Source: Eukaryota sp. GEM-RC1 (Eukaryota). From it: a stretch of DNA of 64,000 bases. Made by a program: the position numbers and the translations under genes. The notes under the pieces are model-generated. The model made no database searches. It saw nothing but the letters and a program-made list of their open reading frames with translations, and was not told where the DNA came from. The DNA is taken from positions 2,542,001 through 2,606,000 of the forward strand of contig JAUFOQ010000016.1 in the NCBI GenBank assembly GCA_040285855.1, given 5' to 3'. Shown here in pieces: positions 36,138-48,525 of this stretch. Numbering within the stretch: position 1 is the first letter of the stretch; each line of letters begins with the position of its first letter.

Positions 36138-38588
36138 ATGCATCCCTCTAACCAGTGCAACGCTCCTCCTATCAAAAGATCACGAAGAATTAAGCAAGAA
36201 GACGATTCAGAAACCTATGTGTTTAGTCTTTCCAGTCAACGTCTCCTTGATACTCTCTTTGAGTTTCACGTTGAACATGTATTGACTGATAGCAATATCA
36301 GCTTTCCAAATGTTCAGTATCACTTCCATTCACAACTCTTTTCTCTCTATCTCCAGGTTGATAACTTACTATCACAGAGTGCTCATGATGAACTAACCTC
36401 TTCATCTCTCTTTGATTCCAGTTCACTTCCAAATTTTCTAGATTTCTGCTATGGACAACCTCTCAAGATTTCTTTCAATGACCTTCGAACTCTACTCAAT
36501 CTAGCTCACTTACTTGAGTTTTCCACTTTACTCGAGTCTTTATCTCACAGTCTAAAGAGTGGTACTCCAGGCTCATCATTTTCAATTTCCCCAACTCTAT
36601 CTGCCTTAAACAAAGTCTCTTCACTTCCCCTTGACTGTTCGTTCTCTTATGGTGGAAAGACAGCACAAGCCAATCGGCTGGTGGTTGCTTCTTTTTCAAA
36701 AGTGTGGAAAGAAGTTTTCACTGATTGTGATAGAGATCTCAACTTCTGTTTCAAGATGGACGATGATGTGACTAATGTCGATGAACGAAATTTTGTGTTA
36801 TTTTTTGAACTTTTCCTTTTCGCGCCAATTACAGTTACTGTTGACAATATTGGAGATTTTTATTATTTAGCAAATTTGTTTTCCATTGCAGATCTTCTGC
36901 AGTATTGTAATTATGTTTTGAAGCAGTTTACGTCAGAGGAATTATTTAATTTAGTGAAATTATCTGGAAACACACAACAATTTCAAATTATTTTGGACAA
37001 TTTTGAAGTTTTCAAAACATTATCAACCATAATCACTTCAACTACCCCTATTGTCCCCTTACCACCTTCTTTAATTTTAAAATTTCTTCCTATTTTGAAC
37101 CCTTTATGGTTACTATCGTGCCTAGAATGTTCAAAAGAAGTGGTGTCTGTTCATGAGTTTTCTTCAATAGTCAATATGATTCCTTTGGATAATATTGGCC
37201 TTTCTGCAGTGTTTGATCGTCTTGTATCGTTCTTTGAGATATCTGAATTTCAACCTGTCATCCACAAATTTTGTTCAAATATTTTAGTTTTTGATTCAAA
37301 TTTCCAATCTCTAACCCAAGATCTCGTTACGTTCTGTGTCACAAGTTTTAAAAAATTAAATCCTTTATCCCCTAATTTAAAACCAATACCTTTACCCTTC
37401 CATTCATTTATTTGTCTTTTAGAAGAACTACCAGCTGAATACTTGACATGGTTGCTGAAGTCTTTGATACTGTCATGTGATCAAGATAGTTGGAGTCTTG
37501 GTAATGTTAAAGAGTGCTTGGGAAAAGTTAGTGCAGTTGGACTAAAATCTACAGAACATTTAAATTTGTTGGAAAAATTTAGAAATGATGTTTTTCCAAC
37601 CAGTTTGACTCCATCCAAAAAAAGAAATCAAAGCGTAACCCAGAATTCTAATGGTTTCCAACGTTCCAACGTTTCAGTTGATGAACAAAGTTTAGAAAAT
37701 TTGAATTATTTGGGTTCAGATCAACTTCGCGTGTTGCTTCTTCAACACCAATCAAAATTGGAAAAAATGCAAATTTATTCAACTGAATTGCGACAAACAA
37801 ATTGTCGTTTGAATAATAGCTTGCGTGCCATGACGTCCAATCAAAGCATTGAATCCACAAAATTTAAAATATCACAAGAATATGAAAGCTCCCTAACCAA
37901 ACTTGAACATGAAAATAACCAACTTAAACAGACTTGCTTTGAACAACGCTCACTGCATAAGGAACTCTTGCAGGAATATCAAATTTTGAAAAATTCTAAA
38001 GATTCGACTGATCAGATAGCTCCCCAGTTACAATCAAAACTGATAGAGCGCACTGAAAGCGATGATTCAAGTACAGAAAAGCTCCGTTCTTTGCAAGAAC
38101 GTGTTGATTCTTTAGTTAGTCAAAACTCAGAGCTTTTAAAGAATAATTCAAATATGCGGGTTGAATTGGAGACTTCCCTCCGATTGCAGGATTCTATGCG
38201 GGAAAACGAAGTGTTGCAGTTGGAAAAACAGGATAGACGGGTTAAACAGCTTTGTAATAGGAATAGAAAGACAAAAAAACAACTTGATGGTAAAATTGAA
38301 CATCTAAAGAATCAGCTTAAACAGTCTAAAAAAACTATTGCTTCTATAAAGTCTCAGTCAGAAGAAGTCTCTGGAATTCAACAAGAACTTGCCAGACTTA
38401 AGCAAGAACTTGGCTCTAAAACCGATGAGTGTGCTTCCAATCTGTCGAAAATCCAATCACTTGAGCTCAAATGTCGTCGTTTGATTCATTGTGTTAATAC
38501 CCCCAAATCTCGTAAACAGAAAGAGTCTGGTTCTACTGTGGAAAAGACTATAGATTCTTCAAGCCTTCTGCAGAAGTATTTGAGGTGA
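36138..38588 (+). CDS. Tandem BTB/POZ-domain protein with C-terminal coiled coil
   Basis: Two BTB-like segments (FLDFCYGQPLKI..; NRLVVASFSKVW..ITVTVDNIGDFYYLANLFSIADLLQYC) and a heptad-rich tail. Confidence 0.8.
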   Translation: MHPSNQCNAPPIKRSRRIKQEDDSETYVFSLSSQRLLDTLFEFHVEHVLTDSNISFPNVQYHFHSQLFSLYLQVDNLLSQSAHDELTSSSLFDSSSLPNFLDFCYGQPLKISFNDLRTLLNLAHLLEFSTLLESLSHSLKSGTPGSSFSISPTLSALNKVSSLPLDCSFSYGGKTAQANRLVVASFSKVWKEVFTDCDRDLNFCFKMDDDVTNVDERNFVLFFELFLFAPITVTVDNIGDFYYLANLFSIADLLQYCNYVLKQFTSEELFNLVKLSGNTQQFQIILDNFEVFKTLSTIITSTTPIVPLPPSLILKFLPILNPLWLLSCLECSKEVVSVHEFSSIVNMIPLDNIGLSAVFDRLVSFFEISEFQPVIHKFCSNILVFDSNFQSLTQDLVTFCVTSFKKLNPLSPNLKPIPLPFHSFICLLEELPAEYLTWLLKSLILSCDQDSWSLGNVKECLGKVSAVGLKSTEHLNLLEKFRNDVFPTSLTPSKKRNQSVTQNSNGFQRSNVSVDEQSLENLNYLGSDQLRVLLLQHQSKLEKMQIYSTELRQTNCRLNNSLRAMTSNQSIESTKFKISQEYESSLTKLEHENNQLKQTCFEQRSLHKELLQEYQILKNSKDSTDQIAPQLQSKLIERTESDDSSTEKLRSLQERVDSLVSQNSELLKNNSNMRVELETSLRLQDSMRENEVLQLEKQDRRVKQLCNRNRKTKKQLDGKIEHLKNQLKQSKKTIASIKSQSEEVSGIQQELARLKQELGSKTDECASNLSKIQSLELKCRRLIHCVNTPKSRKQKESGSTVEKTIDSSSLLQKYLR

Positions 38589-38949
38589 CGTGACAGCCAA
38601 TTAATATTTTATTCTGATTTCAAATTTTGACGATACAATCTTTTTAGGAGGTTTTAATATACTTTTTTGTATCTTTGTTTTAAAACGAAAGCTCGTTGAG
38701 ATCGAAAGTGTGTCTTGTTTTAATTATTCAATAATGACAAGTGTAAAAAGTAAGTTTTTTCACAAAAACTCAATTCTACGATACCTTTAACAACAAATTA
38801 TCATAAATTGCAAAGTGAAACGATCAATCATTCACTGTTTACGAAAATTTACATCCTGACCTTTCAATCTTACTAGCGCTTCTCTAATTGTGATCACACT
38901 TCACGTCGTCACTTTTTTGAGAATCATGTTCTGAAGTTTGTTTACTTCT

Positions 38950-40050
38950 TCTTCTCTATTCCCTTTTACAGCTTCTCCTTTATATATTGTTGGTGGTTTA
39001 ACCAGAAGTATCCAGTAAAGAGCCAGAATCCTTGAGTACTCGATCACAGTGATTTTTACGTCATATATGAATAACATTCAAACACATTTTCCTGATCACT
39101 TCAATTGCTGGCTAAGTATTGCATATAGAATCAAGAAATTTATTGATGCTCCTGAAACTCATCCAGCAAAAAAATTGAGTATTTCAAAACACGCTGTCGA
39201 TTGTTTGTTGGAGTATCATCATAAATTCTTTGTTGTTTCAAGAAGAGTGATAGACCGAACTTTATAGCATTTAGAACAAAATGTATAGATGGTGGTAGTA
39301 TGAGTCAATGATTGATTGGTTTTGAGGGTCTGCCTTTTCACTTCCTAGTATGTCTGGGAGGTGGTGATAATGTCTTATTCTCTTATCCTTGTAGCTTCAA
39401 ACGTTCCAACATGGTTCAGCAATCTCTTAGAGCAGGTAGACTTCAATTTGGAATAGTTACGAGTTGTCTCTTGATCGACAAGTGTAAACTCTCAAAAGAA
39501 CCCAAATCCCCTTTTCCGCGAGAAGTATAGGACATTGGGAGAATTGTTGTCTGAGAAGTGAAAAGGAGAAAAGTATTGTTCACAATAATTTTGACACACA
39601 TATAAACCGAATAATTGACCACTGATTTATCGAAATACTTGTTATTGAAACCATATTTTTTCCAATCTCTACTGGAGAGTTTATTACATCAGTCTCACGA
39701 AGGGTTTTTTTCCTTTACTGTAGCCTTTGATATGTCTGGACAAGTCTTCCATGTTCTTAGATAAGATCACTTCAACCGCCACGCTTTTGCTTTTTTTTCC
39801 TTAAAAGTCTTATTTCTTCAGGCATTTTGTGTACAGTGGGAGGCCCTAGATCTATGATATTAGTCGATTGATGTAAAATTCTTATATCTGAATACCTCAT
39901 TCAATCTGTTAGGAAGGCAGGTCTGCGATATTTCCTTTTCCACCCGTATTCACTCGAAGCTAATCCCATTGAAGCTCTTTCCAAAAAGACTTAGTCCAAG
40001 AGGTCGTTGCATCAATGAAATGAGACTATTCTAATCGTTTGTCCCATTCA
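38950..40050 (+). mobile_element. Decayed Tc1/IS630-type transposase remnant
   Basis: FLFHPYSLEANPIEAL at ~39932-39980 resembles the PPYSPDLNPIE motif; boundaries are approximate. Confidence 0.5.
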
Positions 40051-40603
40051 GGATGGGTCAATTGTCGTTTCCATAGCTCTTCTAGTCATACTGGAAGAAG
40101 AAAGTTGGTGCAGCAAGATTTCTTGAATATGATTGAATTAACCTAAAGGGTTTTGTATAGACATTTCACATAACAAAATTTTCTATTCAGTTCGTTTTCC
40201 ACAAAGTTGAACGGCCTTTAATGACCCACTTCATTCATTTAAAGTATTCTGAGTATTTGTCTTCAATAACATATCTGTCAAGGGTGCTCATTTTGCCTTT
40301 CATCAAGTCATTGTGCTCTTATGGACAGGGATGGGAAATATTGAATTTTCAATCCAATATTGCCAATCAATACCAATATATATTGATTGATCCGCTGTTT
40401 TTCAATATCAATATATTGCCAATATTGCCAATACAATATGTCTCTAATTAAACCACAAATTTATTTTTTCTTCCCTTACATGCCTGACAACAAAGTCGTT
40501 TGTGGGGTCTTTTATACCCTGTAGTCAACAATTGACAGCCAGGAAATGTGGAAATGTGTGTGTGGAGAGATCCGAAAACGAAACACTTAGAGTTCATTCC
40601 TGC

Positions 40604-42074
40604 TGTTGCTTCTACGCGTAAAACGATGGTGAAGATAGGTTTATTAAAGTACAATTCTATAAAAAGGCATAGGTCATAATTACACGTCATTATTGACCTA
40701 ACATTGCTTCTTCCCCTTCCTTCCCCCTCTTTCTAGGGGTGAGGTTTAGTTTGTGCTTTAGGCAGTAGTCTTGTAGGTAACAATTGATCTTGCTGCCATC
40801 TCTGAGGTTGTCCAGTGGTTGCCAAGCTTCAACTCCATTTGAAAACCTGACCAGAAACCATTCGTTCTTTGGGTCGTGGTCAATAACTTGGTTGACAAGA
40901 TGTTCATCATAGTCTGAAGCAGCAAGTCTTTTGGCGTTTTCGTCAAGGATGTTGGGGGAGAAGGAGTGTAAATCATATGCTGACACAGTCCTCTTCTTGT
41001 CAGCTACTATTGATTCGATCTCGTAACCGGAGTTGCCATGTTTCTTGGTCACTTGAAACGGTCCTAGTAAGTTCAACAGTTTGTTCGGAGCATCGTCGAG
41101 GAGTACCAGGTCACCGACTAGAAATTCATTTGGGGTGGCATCAACGGTTTTCCTCTTTCGACGGATAGCTTCAGAAGTAAGCTTAAGGGTTTCTTTGGAT
41201 ATCTGATCAACGAAGGAATGAGTGTTTGAGGTTTTGTCTGTGGTGTCATTTCTGGACAGTAGTACATCGAGTAGGTTACGTCTAGGCTTAATGTGTCTAC
41301 CAAATAATAAGGAATATGGTGACAACTTGGTAGTGGAAGAGGGTTCTGAGTTGAGAATGAGCTGGATGAGAGGGATTTTATCACTCCAATCTGTATGATT
41401 AGCAGTGTCAGTGGACAGTTTTCGTGTAAGTTTGACAACTTCTTGGTTAACTCGTTCTACTAGCCCGTTTGATGGGCTGTGGTTAGGGAAAGAAAAGGTC
41501 TGTTGGATTCCTAGTTTCAAGAGGAGGTTTTTGACCAGGTTGTTTGCGAACCGGCTTTAATGCGTTCTACGAAGTCTTCGGCAATCCTGGTGGGACGAAC
41601 CTTCTCGGCAAATTGATTCATCCACCATGGGAGGTCAAGGTTGAGGTGACTGGCTCTCTTCCTCAATCTCTCAAACTTTGCGGCGAACGCGAGGTATCTT
41701 GCCTCCGTATCTCTTTCTTTGAAATCAGGTCTTAAGTTTGCTAGAGATGAGACAAGGGAACGGAAACTGGGTATCGCTTGACGGCTCTCGAAGAAACCCT
41801 TCAGCTCTTCTTCGGCAGAGACAAATCCCTCGTGTGGGTCTTCTTCAGAGTCAGGGTCGGCCAGAGGCTTTAGAAGGTAAATGCCTTCCAAGATGGTGTC
41901 TGGGATTCCATCTCTCAGGGAGAGAGAGTCATCGTTCTTCTGGGCGTTCAGTGACTAATAGCGTCAGTGATCACTGTTGCTTCTACGCGTAAAACGATGG
42001 TGAAGATAGGTTTATTAAAGTACAATTCTATAAAAAGGCATAGGTCATAATTACACGTCATTATTGACCTAACA
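40604..42074 (-). mobile_element. Mini chromoviral LTR element, copy 1 (no PR/RT/RH)
   Basis: Identical 100-bp TG..CA LTRs at 40604-40703 and 41975-42074; TSD ctgc; polypurine tract next to the 3' LTR; gag fragment, integrase C-half and chromodomain. Confidence 0.93.
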
Positions 42075-42466
42075 CTGCAACTTCTGTTGAAGTGGAAAGA
42101 TTATTTTCTCGCATTACTAGTAAGCTTTGTATGGGCTAAAATCGATTTTGTTTATCGTCAGCAAGATTTGAGCAATAGTCATAGCTGCATTTCAATCGAA
42201 GTCCTTGGAATGTGAACACTTTTCGAAATGCTTGCCAATCCCACTGGTCTGAAGAAGATGAAGTCGTTGATGGAGATGGAGTTTAGAGTCTCAGACTATT
42301 TGTTCGCAACAAATTGTTGCATTTCTTTTTGTAGTAGGGTAGCAATTTTCTTGCGACACAAGATTTGTAAACTTGCGACATAAAACTTTCTCTCCTCAAT
42401 CTTTATATCATGAACATACTATCATTACTTGAAACGTTGAATATGACAACCAGTGGGTTTATTTCA

Positions 42467-42898
42467 TTACACTGATCGGATATTTCTTGGACAATCTTTA
42501 CGTAAATGACCAACTTGTTTACACTTTCCACATGGTGCTTTACATGTCTTTTGGAAGTGACCTAAAAGCAGACAGTTCTTACACACAGCTTTCTTCTTTG
42601 GAACTACCTCTTTGTTTTGAATACCATGATCTTTGGATTCATCAGTAGAGGTGTTAACAGCTGGAGGTAAAAGAGGTTCACTTATGCTCTGCAATGCTTG
42701 TTCAAGATGTTTCCTAGCTCTCATCTTCTGGACAGCTGTGTAAGAAGTCCAATTCTTGTACAGGATATCGATCACATCTTCTTCATCATCTTGTTGTTCA
42801 CTAGCATCACATTCCAGCAACCAATGGTTGTGAAATGCTTCCAGACTTAATCTCTTTCGTACTTGCAGAAGTTCATGGGCACTTATACAATTTAGATA
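42467..42898 (-). pseudogene. MULE transposase C-terminal fragment with two zinc knuckles, cut by the pogo insertion
   Basis: CISAHEL..LSLEAFHNHWL resembles LTIEHFHEHWL of the MULE at 25386; CKNCLLLGHFQKTC and CGKCKQVGHLRKDC. Confidence 0.6.
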
Positions 42899-43656
42899 CA
42901 GTCTACCCTCGATATAGTGCCGCCCTCGATATAAGGTCACTTTTCACACAAATTTCCCTGACACGACTTTTCCATTCTCATGTTCTTGTCGTTTACACCG
43001 TAAACACGTTGTTTCACATCATCTTCCCTTTTATTCCCTTAAGTTAGCTCTTTCTTAACATCATAGACGACTCTTTTGTAGTTCCTCATTTCAATTGTTG
43101 ATTACACCGAAACAGCACCATCGAGGTTCTGAATATGTTATATATCTCATGCGTTGTCTTGCTGATGCACTACACAACACTAGGGACGTGTTACATCCCG
43201 ATGCTAAGAATTCTGGATCTTGAGTCTCCACGGACGTGACTGATCATCCCATGGAAGTGTTATGTTACATATGAGTTCGAAAAACATCCGTTTATTCGTC
43301 AAGTCAAACATATGCACATCTTCAAGCAAGCCAATACACTACTTGGGTTATTCTGATAACATTGAGCCCGAAAGTACTGCAGAAAGACCCCGTCTTCCTT
43401 CATATCAGTCCGTAATCTTCATAATCTTCTGAATTGAAAAGACGGACGGAACTACAGGTCTGACGAATGACAGATGTACAGAAAACCATAGTTCCAAAAG
43501 TAACACATATGTGAAAGAAATGGGGGCGTTGAGAGAGACTTCTCTATTACGAGCGGTTTAGTGTGAGACCTATTGAAAGAGAGGTGCAAATAGCGTCACC
43601 AGGAAGACGTATCACTGTTGTTTGTTTGAGGATGTTGGTTGAGAGGTTCATGATAG

Positions 43657-46387
43657 TGTTGCTTCTACGCGTAAAACGATGGTGAAGATAGGTTTATTAA
43701 AGTACAATTCTATAAAAAGGCATAGGTCATAATTACACGTCATTATTAGGGCTGTCAATTTCTCCCATTTCTCCCAACTCCCACCCAACTCCCATCTCCC
43801 ATGACCCTTGGGAGTGGGAGTGGGAGCTTCAGTAGCAATTTTTGGGAGTGGGAGTGGGAGTGGGAGCTCTCCGTTGGGAGGTGGGAACTCCCAAAATCTC
43901 CCATCTCCCATTTACAGACACAACTCTAACTTCAATTTAAAACAGAAACAAGCTAGCTAGACAAATACAGTTATAATTTTTCTAGAATATTAATAGGACT
44001 AGGTGTATTACATTTTTACTGTCTTTCTTTTGTTTTATTTATTTTCGTTTTATAAAGAGCGTGGTTGTTTATCTGTAAATTTCAACCAATGTCATCGCTT
44101 GATTTATCTGAAGATCCTGAAAACTCTGGTCTGTTTAAACATCCTGATTTTATTGAATTTGTTTCCTCTCTTTCAGTTTCAAAATTCCAAAAAGAACCAC
44201 GATAAGAAATGATATGTTGAATGTTTATGAGTCATTTAAAGGATACTTGATAGATAAATTCAAAAATGTGTGTAATTCTTCTAAAGTATCTATTAGGATT
44301 GATAGATGGACATCGAATACAAACAAGCATTTTAATGGGGTAACAGTTCACTGTATTGAAGACTGGAATTTAAACATTTACAATGTACGTCCACGGTTTT
44401 AAGCACCTGAAAGAAAACCACACTGCCATCAACATTGCCGATGCTGTGGAAGAAATTATTACTGAATTTGGTTTAAAATACAAAATGTGTTGTGTTTCAA
44501 CAGGTATTCACGACTATCCGCATACATTGTATGCTAAGAACTTTATGACAACACAAGCCTCATCAGTTCCAAGTGAACAGTTATTTTCTCAGGCAGGGTG
44601 TGTTGTTACGAAGTTACGAGCTTCCTTGAGTAGTGATTCTATTGAAGTAGTCCTTTGTTTGAAATCATGGTTCAAAGGTCGGGAGATGAGAGAGTTGTTC
44701 ATGAATCAGAGATAGAGTTAGTGATTGTTATGTTTATAAAGTAAAGTGTCATTGTACTAGAAGATACAAAAATGGGAGTTGGGTGGGAGTTGGGAGAATT
44801 TGTTGGGAGTGGGAGTGGGAGTGGGAGTCTCACCTATGACAAGTGGGAGGTGGGAGTGCTAGTGGGAGAACACGTGTTGGGAGTGGGAGAAACTCCCATC
44901 TCCCATTAACAGCCCTAGTCATTATTGACCTAACATTGCTTCTTCCCCTTCCTTCCCCCTCTTTCTAGGGGTGAGGTGTAGTTTGTGCTTTAGGCAGTAG
45001 TCTTGTAGGTAACAATTGATCTTGCTGCCATCTCTGAGGTTGTCCAGTGGTTGCCAAGCTTCAACTCCATTTGAAAACCTGACCAGAAACCATTCGTTCT
45101 TTGGGTCGTGGTCAATAACTTGGTTGACAAGATGTTCATCATAGTCTGAAGCAGCAAGTCTTTTGGCGTTTTCGTCAAGGATGTTGGGGGAGAAGGAGTG
45201 TAAATCATATGCTGACACAGTCCTCTTCTTGTCAGCTACTATTGATTCGATCTCGTAACCGGAGTTGCCATGTTTCTTGGTCACTTGAAACGGTCCTAGT
45301 AAGTTCAACAGTTTGTTCGGAGCATCGTCGAGGAGTACCAGGTCACCGACTAGAAATTCATTTGGGGTGGCATCAACGGTTTTCTTCTTTCGACGGATAG
45401 CTTCAGAAGTAAGCTTAAGGGTTTCTTTGGATATCTGATCAACGAAGGAATGAGTGTTTGAGGTTTTGTCTGTGGTGTCATTTCTGGACAGTAGTACATC
45501 GAGTAGGTTACGTCTAGGCTTAATGTGTCTACCAAATAATACGGAATATGGTGACAACTTGGTAGTGGAAGAGGGTTCTGAGTTGAGAATGAGCTGGATG
45601 AGAGGGATTTTATCACTCCAATCTGTATGATTAGCAGTGTCAGTGGACAGTTTTCGTGTAAGTTTGACAACTTCTTGGTTAACTCGTTCTACTAGCCCGT
45701 TTGATGGGCTGTGGTTAGGGAAAGAAAAGGTCTGTTGGATTCCTAGTTTCAAGAGGAGGTTTTTGACCAGGTTGTTTGCGAACCGGCTTTAATGCGTTCT
45801 ACGAAGTCTTCGGCAATCCTGGTGGGACGAACCTTCTCGGCAAATTGATTCATCCACCATGGGAGGTCAAGGTTGAGGTGACTGGCTCTCTTCCTCAATC
45901 TCTCAAACTTTGCGGCGAACGCGAGGTATCTTGCCTCCGTATCTCTTTCTTTGAAATCAGGTCTTAAGTTTGCTAGAGATGAGACAAGGGAACGGAAACT
46001 GGGTATCGCTTGACGGCTCTCGAAGAAACCCTTCAGCTCTTCTTCGGCAGAGACAAATCCCTCGTGTGGGTCTTCTTCAGAGTCAGGGTCGGCCAGAGGC
46101 TTTAGAAGGTAAATGCCTTCCAAGATGGTGTCTGGGATTCCATCTCTCAGGGAGAGAGAGTCATCGTTCTTCTGGGCGATCTTGAAGTCATCAAGATATT
46201 GTTGTACTTGTTCTGAGGTAAGTCCTTTGAGGATGGGGGTGGTTCTAGGGCGGTCCATGGTTCAGTGACTAATAGCGTCAGTGATCACTGTTGCTTCTAC
46301 GCGTAAAACGATGGTGAAGACAGGTTTATTAAAGTACAATTCTATAAAAGGCATAGGTCATAATTACACGTCATTATTGACCTAACA
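43657..46387 (-). mobile_element. Mini chromoviral LTR element, copy 2 (left LTR interrupted by hAT-B)
   Basis: LTRs at 43657-44935 (interrupted) and 46289-46387; TSD atag; gag ORF 45749-46258 and integrase-chromodomain ORF 44922-45752, nearly identical to copy 1. Confidence 0.93.
43747..44917 (+). mobile_element. Internally deleted derivative of hAT family B
   Basis: Same TIRs and subterminal repeats as 5805-8303; perfect TSD gtcattat (43739-43746 and 44918-44925); transposase fragments only. Confidence 0.95.
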
Positions 46388-47026
46388 ATAGATTGGTTTC
46401 TCCTCCGATACTGCTTCTAATCGGCTTTTTGGCTTTATTTAGACTTTTGCCTTTACAAATAGGGGACATTCCTACATTTACATCCTTCTTCTGATGAACT
46501 AGCCAATCATGTGCAGATGGACCTTTCTTTGATCACGGTACACTGCTCCCTTGTATTGACGATTTCCCAACTGTTTCTCAATAGAAAAGCTCTGTTAAAA
46601 AACTAAGTTCCTTGCTGAATTCACCTTCTGACAGTCTTCTTCAATTTGTATGATTGTTCTGTTCACTATTGCGTGGACCAGACCCGTCTCGTGTGTGAAT
46701 GATGCACATCATAGTTAGCTATAGTCTTTATGGAAAATAAACTGTCGTCGTAATCTGTTCATGGAACGCAGACCATTCCCTCGATATAGTGCCACCCTCG
46801 ATATAAGGTCTGCCAATAGGGCGGCACTATATCGAGGGTAGACTGTATGTTTGGTTTTGATATCTTTAATTAATTTAAGTGTAGTAACTATACAATCTAC
46901 ATATTGCAATATTGGCAATATATTGGAGCCAATACTGTATTGATTGGTGAGCTGTTTTCCAATACCAATATATTGCCAATCCAATATTTCCTATCCCTGC
47001 TTATGGAAGGTTAACATGCTTTGTTC

Positions 47027-47696
47027 CATAGTACGGAAAAACACGTGTTCTTCCAGTTACAACACGTTCAGACCACGTTCACACTCAACACCGTGTTGAA
47101 CACCGCTAAAACACCGCCACCCAACCACCCAAACTTTTCATCCAATCCTCTCATCAAAAGTGTTTGACCTTCAGTGATCGAATACTTCCCTTCTATGTGC
47201 ATTCGTGACACAACCTTTACAATCGTATCATTACTAGTCACGATTATTTCCAGATGCATTGTGAGTATAAAGAAAAGATATTTATGTATAAGACACAGTT
47301 CAAGAGTACCCACCTTGCTTCCAAGTCAAAAATCAGTTTCAGCGTTGCTGTAAATTGAAGCCCGTTTTATCTTGAACAATTGGGAGACTCAGATGAAGTT
47401 ACCCACTAATTGTAAAGTGTATAGTTCAAATTTCTTGAAACGCTAACTACTGTAGTGGATAACTTATATTCACGTTCAATCAGTGACTATCAATTCCAGG
47501 TTCAAAGAACTCCTCTTTGTTCTCATCACCTTTTATTCAGTAAAGAATGATATATTTGAAACTATTTTAATACGACAGCTTGAAACAATCAACAACTAAA
47601 AACACCGCAACTCACCCTTCAAAAAAATACAACACGTTCAGAACACGTTCACACTCAACACCGTGTTCAAACACGCCCGGTGTTTTCCGTACTATG
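47027..47696. mobile_element. hAT-like MITE (family C)
   Basis: TIR catagtacggaaaa / ttttccgtactatg; perfect 8-bp TSD ctttgttc; the block tacaacacgttcaga.cacgttcacactcaacaccgtgtt occurs near both ends. Confidence 0.88.
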
Positions 47697-47944
47697 CTTT
47701 GTTCTCAGATGGTTGGAAAGGTTTGTCCACCCGTTACCTTTCACTACCTTTGCTTTGGTTTACGAAAAAGACGCTACAAAGATCTATCAGAACGTTGCGA
47801 CGTCCAAACATCCTTAAAGAAGAACATAAAATCTTTTACAAAAATGTCATTTGGAGAAGATTTGATCAAATATATACACAAGAGAACTACATGCCATCTT
47901 AACTAGTAGAATCAAGACAGAGTTGTTTGGCAGTCCAGTCGGCA

Positions 47945-47992
47945 ACTACTGGACTGCCTACTGGACTGACTACTGGACTGACTACTGGACTG
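47945..47992. repeat. 12-bp tandem repeat actactggactg x4
   Basis: Seen directly in the sequence. Confidence 0.9.
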
Positions 47993-48407
47993 CAGACAAC
48001 TTCATATCATTTCAATGATTTCTGTAGGAAAGTGGAAGATTGTACTTCGTCAAATACAGTTGGATATTTTGAACTGAGAAGTGAATGGTCGCTCTGCTTT
48101 GTAGTTTAAGAAGCATGGTATTCTTAACATTATATAAAGTTGCAAATGTCTTCATTGAAAGAGTTTACACATAATTCCAAGAAATGATATTGAAAAACAT
48201 TGGCTTTGAATGAAGAAGCAGAATTCCAGGATACTGTAAGGATAGACAAACAGGAGCTCAAAATAGACAATCTATGAAGTAAACATTGCAGAAAACGATG
48301 AAGAAGTGGGAAGTCGGAAAATCAACTGTAGATGTGCGAAAATCAATTTGTTGGGTTGCTTTTTTATGTGTCATGACTATAAGCCCCCAGAGTATAACTG
48401 GGATATC

Positions 48408-48525
48408 AAACCGGTAAAGGCAAGCTTGAACCGTCAGCTTCTCTCAGAGTCAACTGGGTGTAAACCGTTTAGGCAAGCTAACGCAAAGCTTCTCTCAGAG
48501 TCAACTGAGTCACCAAACCGGTAAA
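48408..48525. repeat. Two ~54-bp direct repeats with core agcttctctcagagtcaactg
   Basis: Seen directly in the sequence. Confidence 0.8.

Larger units (their letters stand above)
42899..46845. mobile_element. pogo/Tigger-type element containing LTR copy 2
   Basis: Perfect 28-bp TIR cagtctaccctcgatatagtgccgccct with TA on both sides. Confidence 0.9.
40326..46999 (+). mobile_element. hAT element (family A), host of nested insertions
   Basis: TIRs cagggatgggaaatattg / caatatttcctatccctg; perfect 8-bp TSD cttatgga (40318-40325 and 47000-47007); ccaata subterminal repeats. The hAT dimerization motif FIPATSVEVERLFSR is restored once the LTR insert is removed. Confidence 0.92.

Noticed and set aside
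40604..42074. Ginger-type DNA transposon (gypsy-like integrase, TG..CA ends, 4-bp TSD)
   Set aside because: The ends are 100-bp direct repeats with a polypurine tract and a gag fragment, not long TIRs.
43648..43911. 87-aa ORF
   Set aside because: Chance read-through across the hAT-B end and the LTR.
48408..48525. Repeat-spacer-like pattern
   Set aside because: Only two units, and the intervening parts are themselves similar, so this is a simple duplication.
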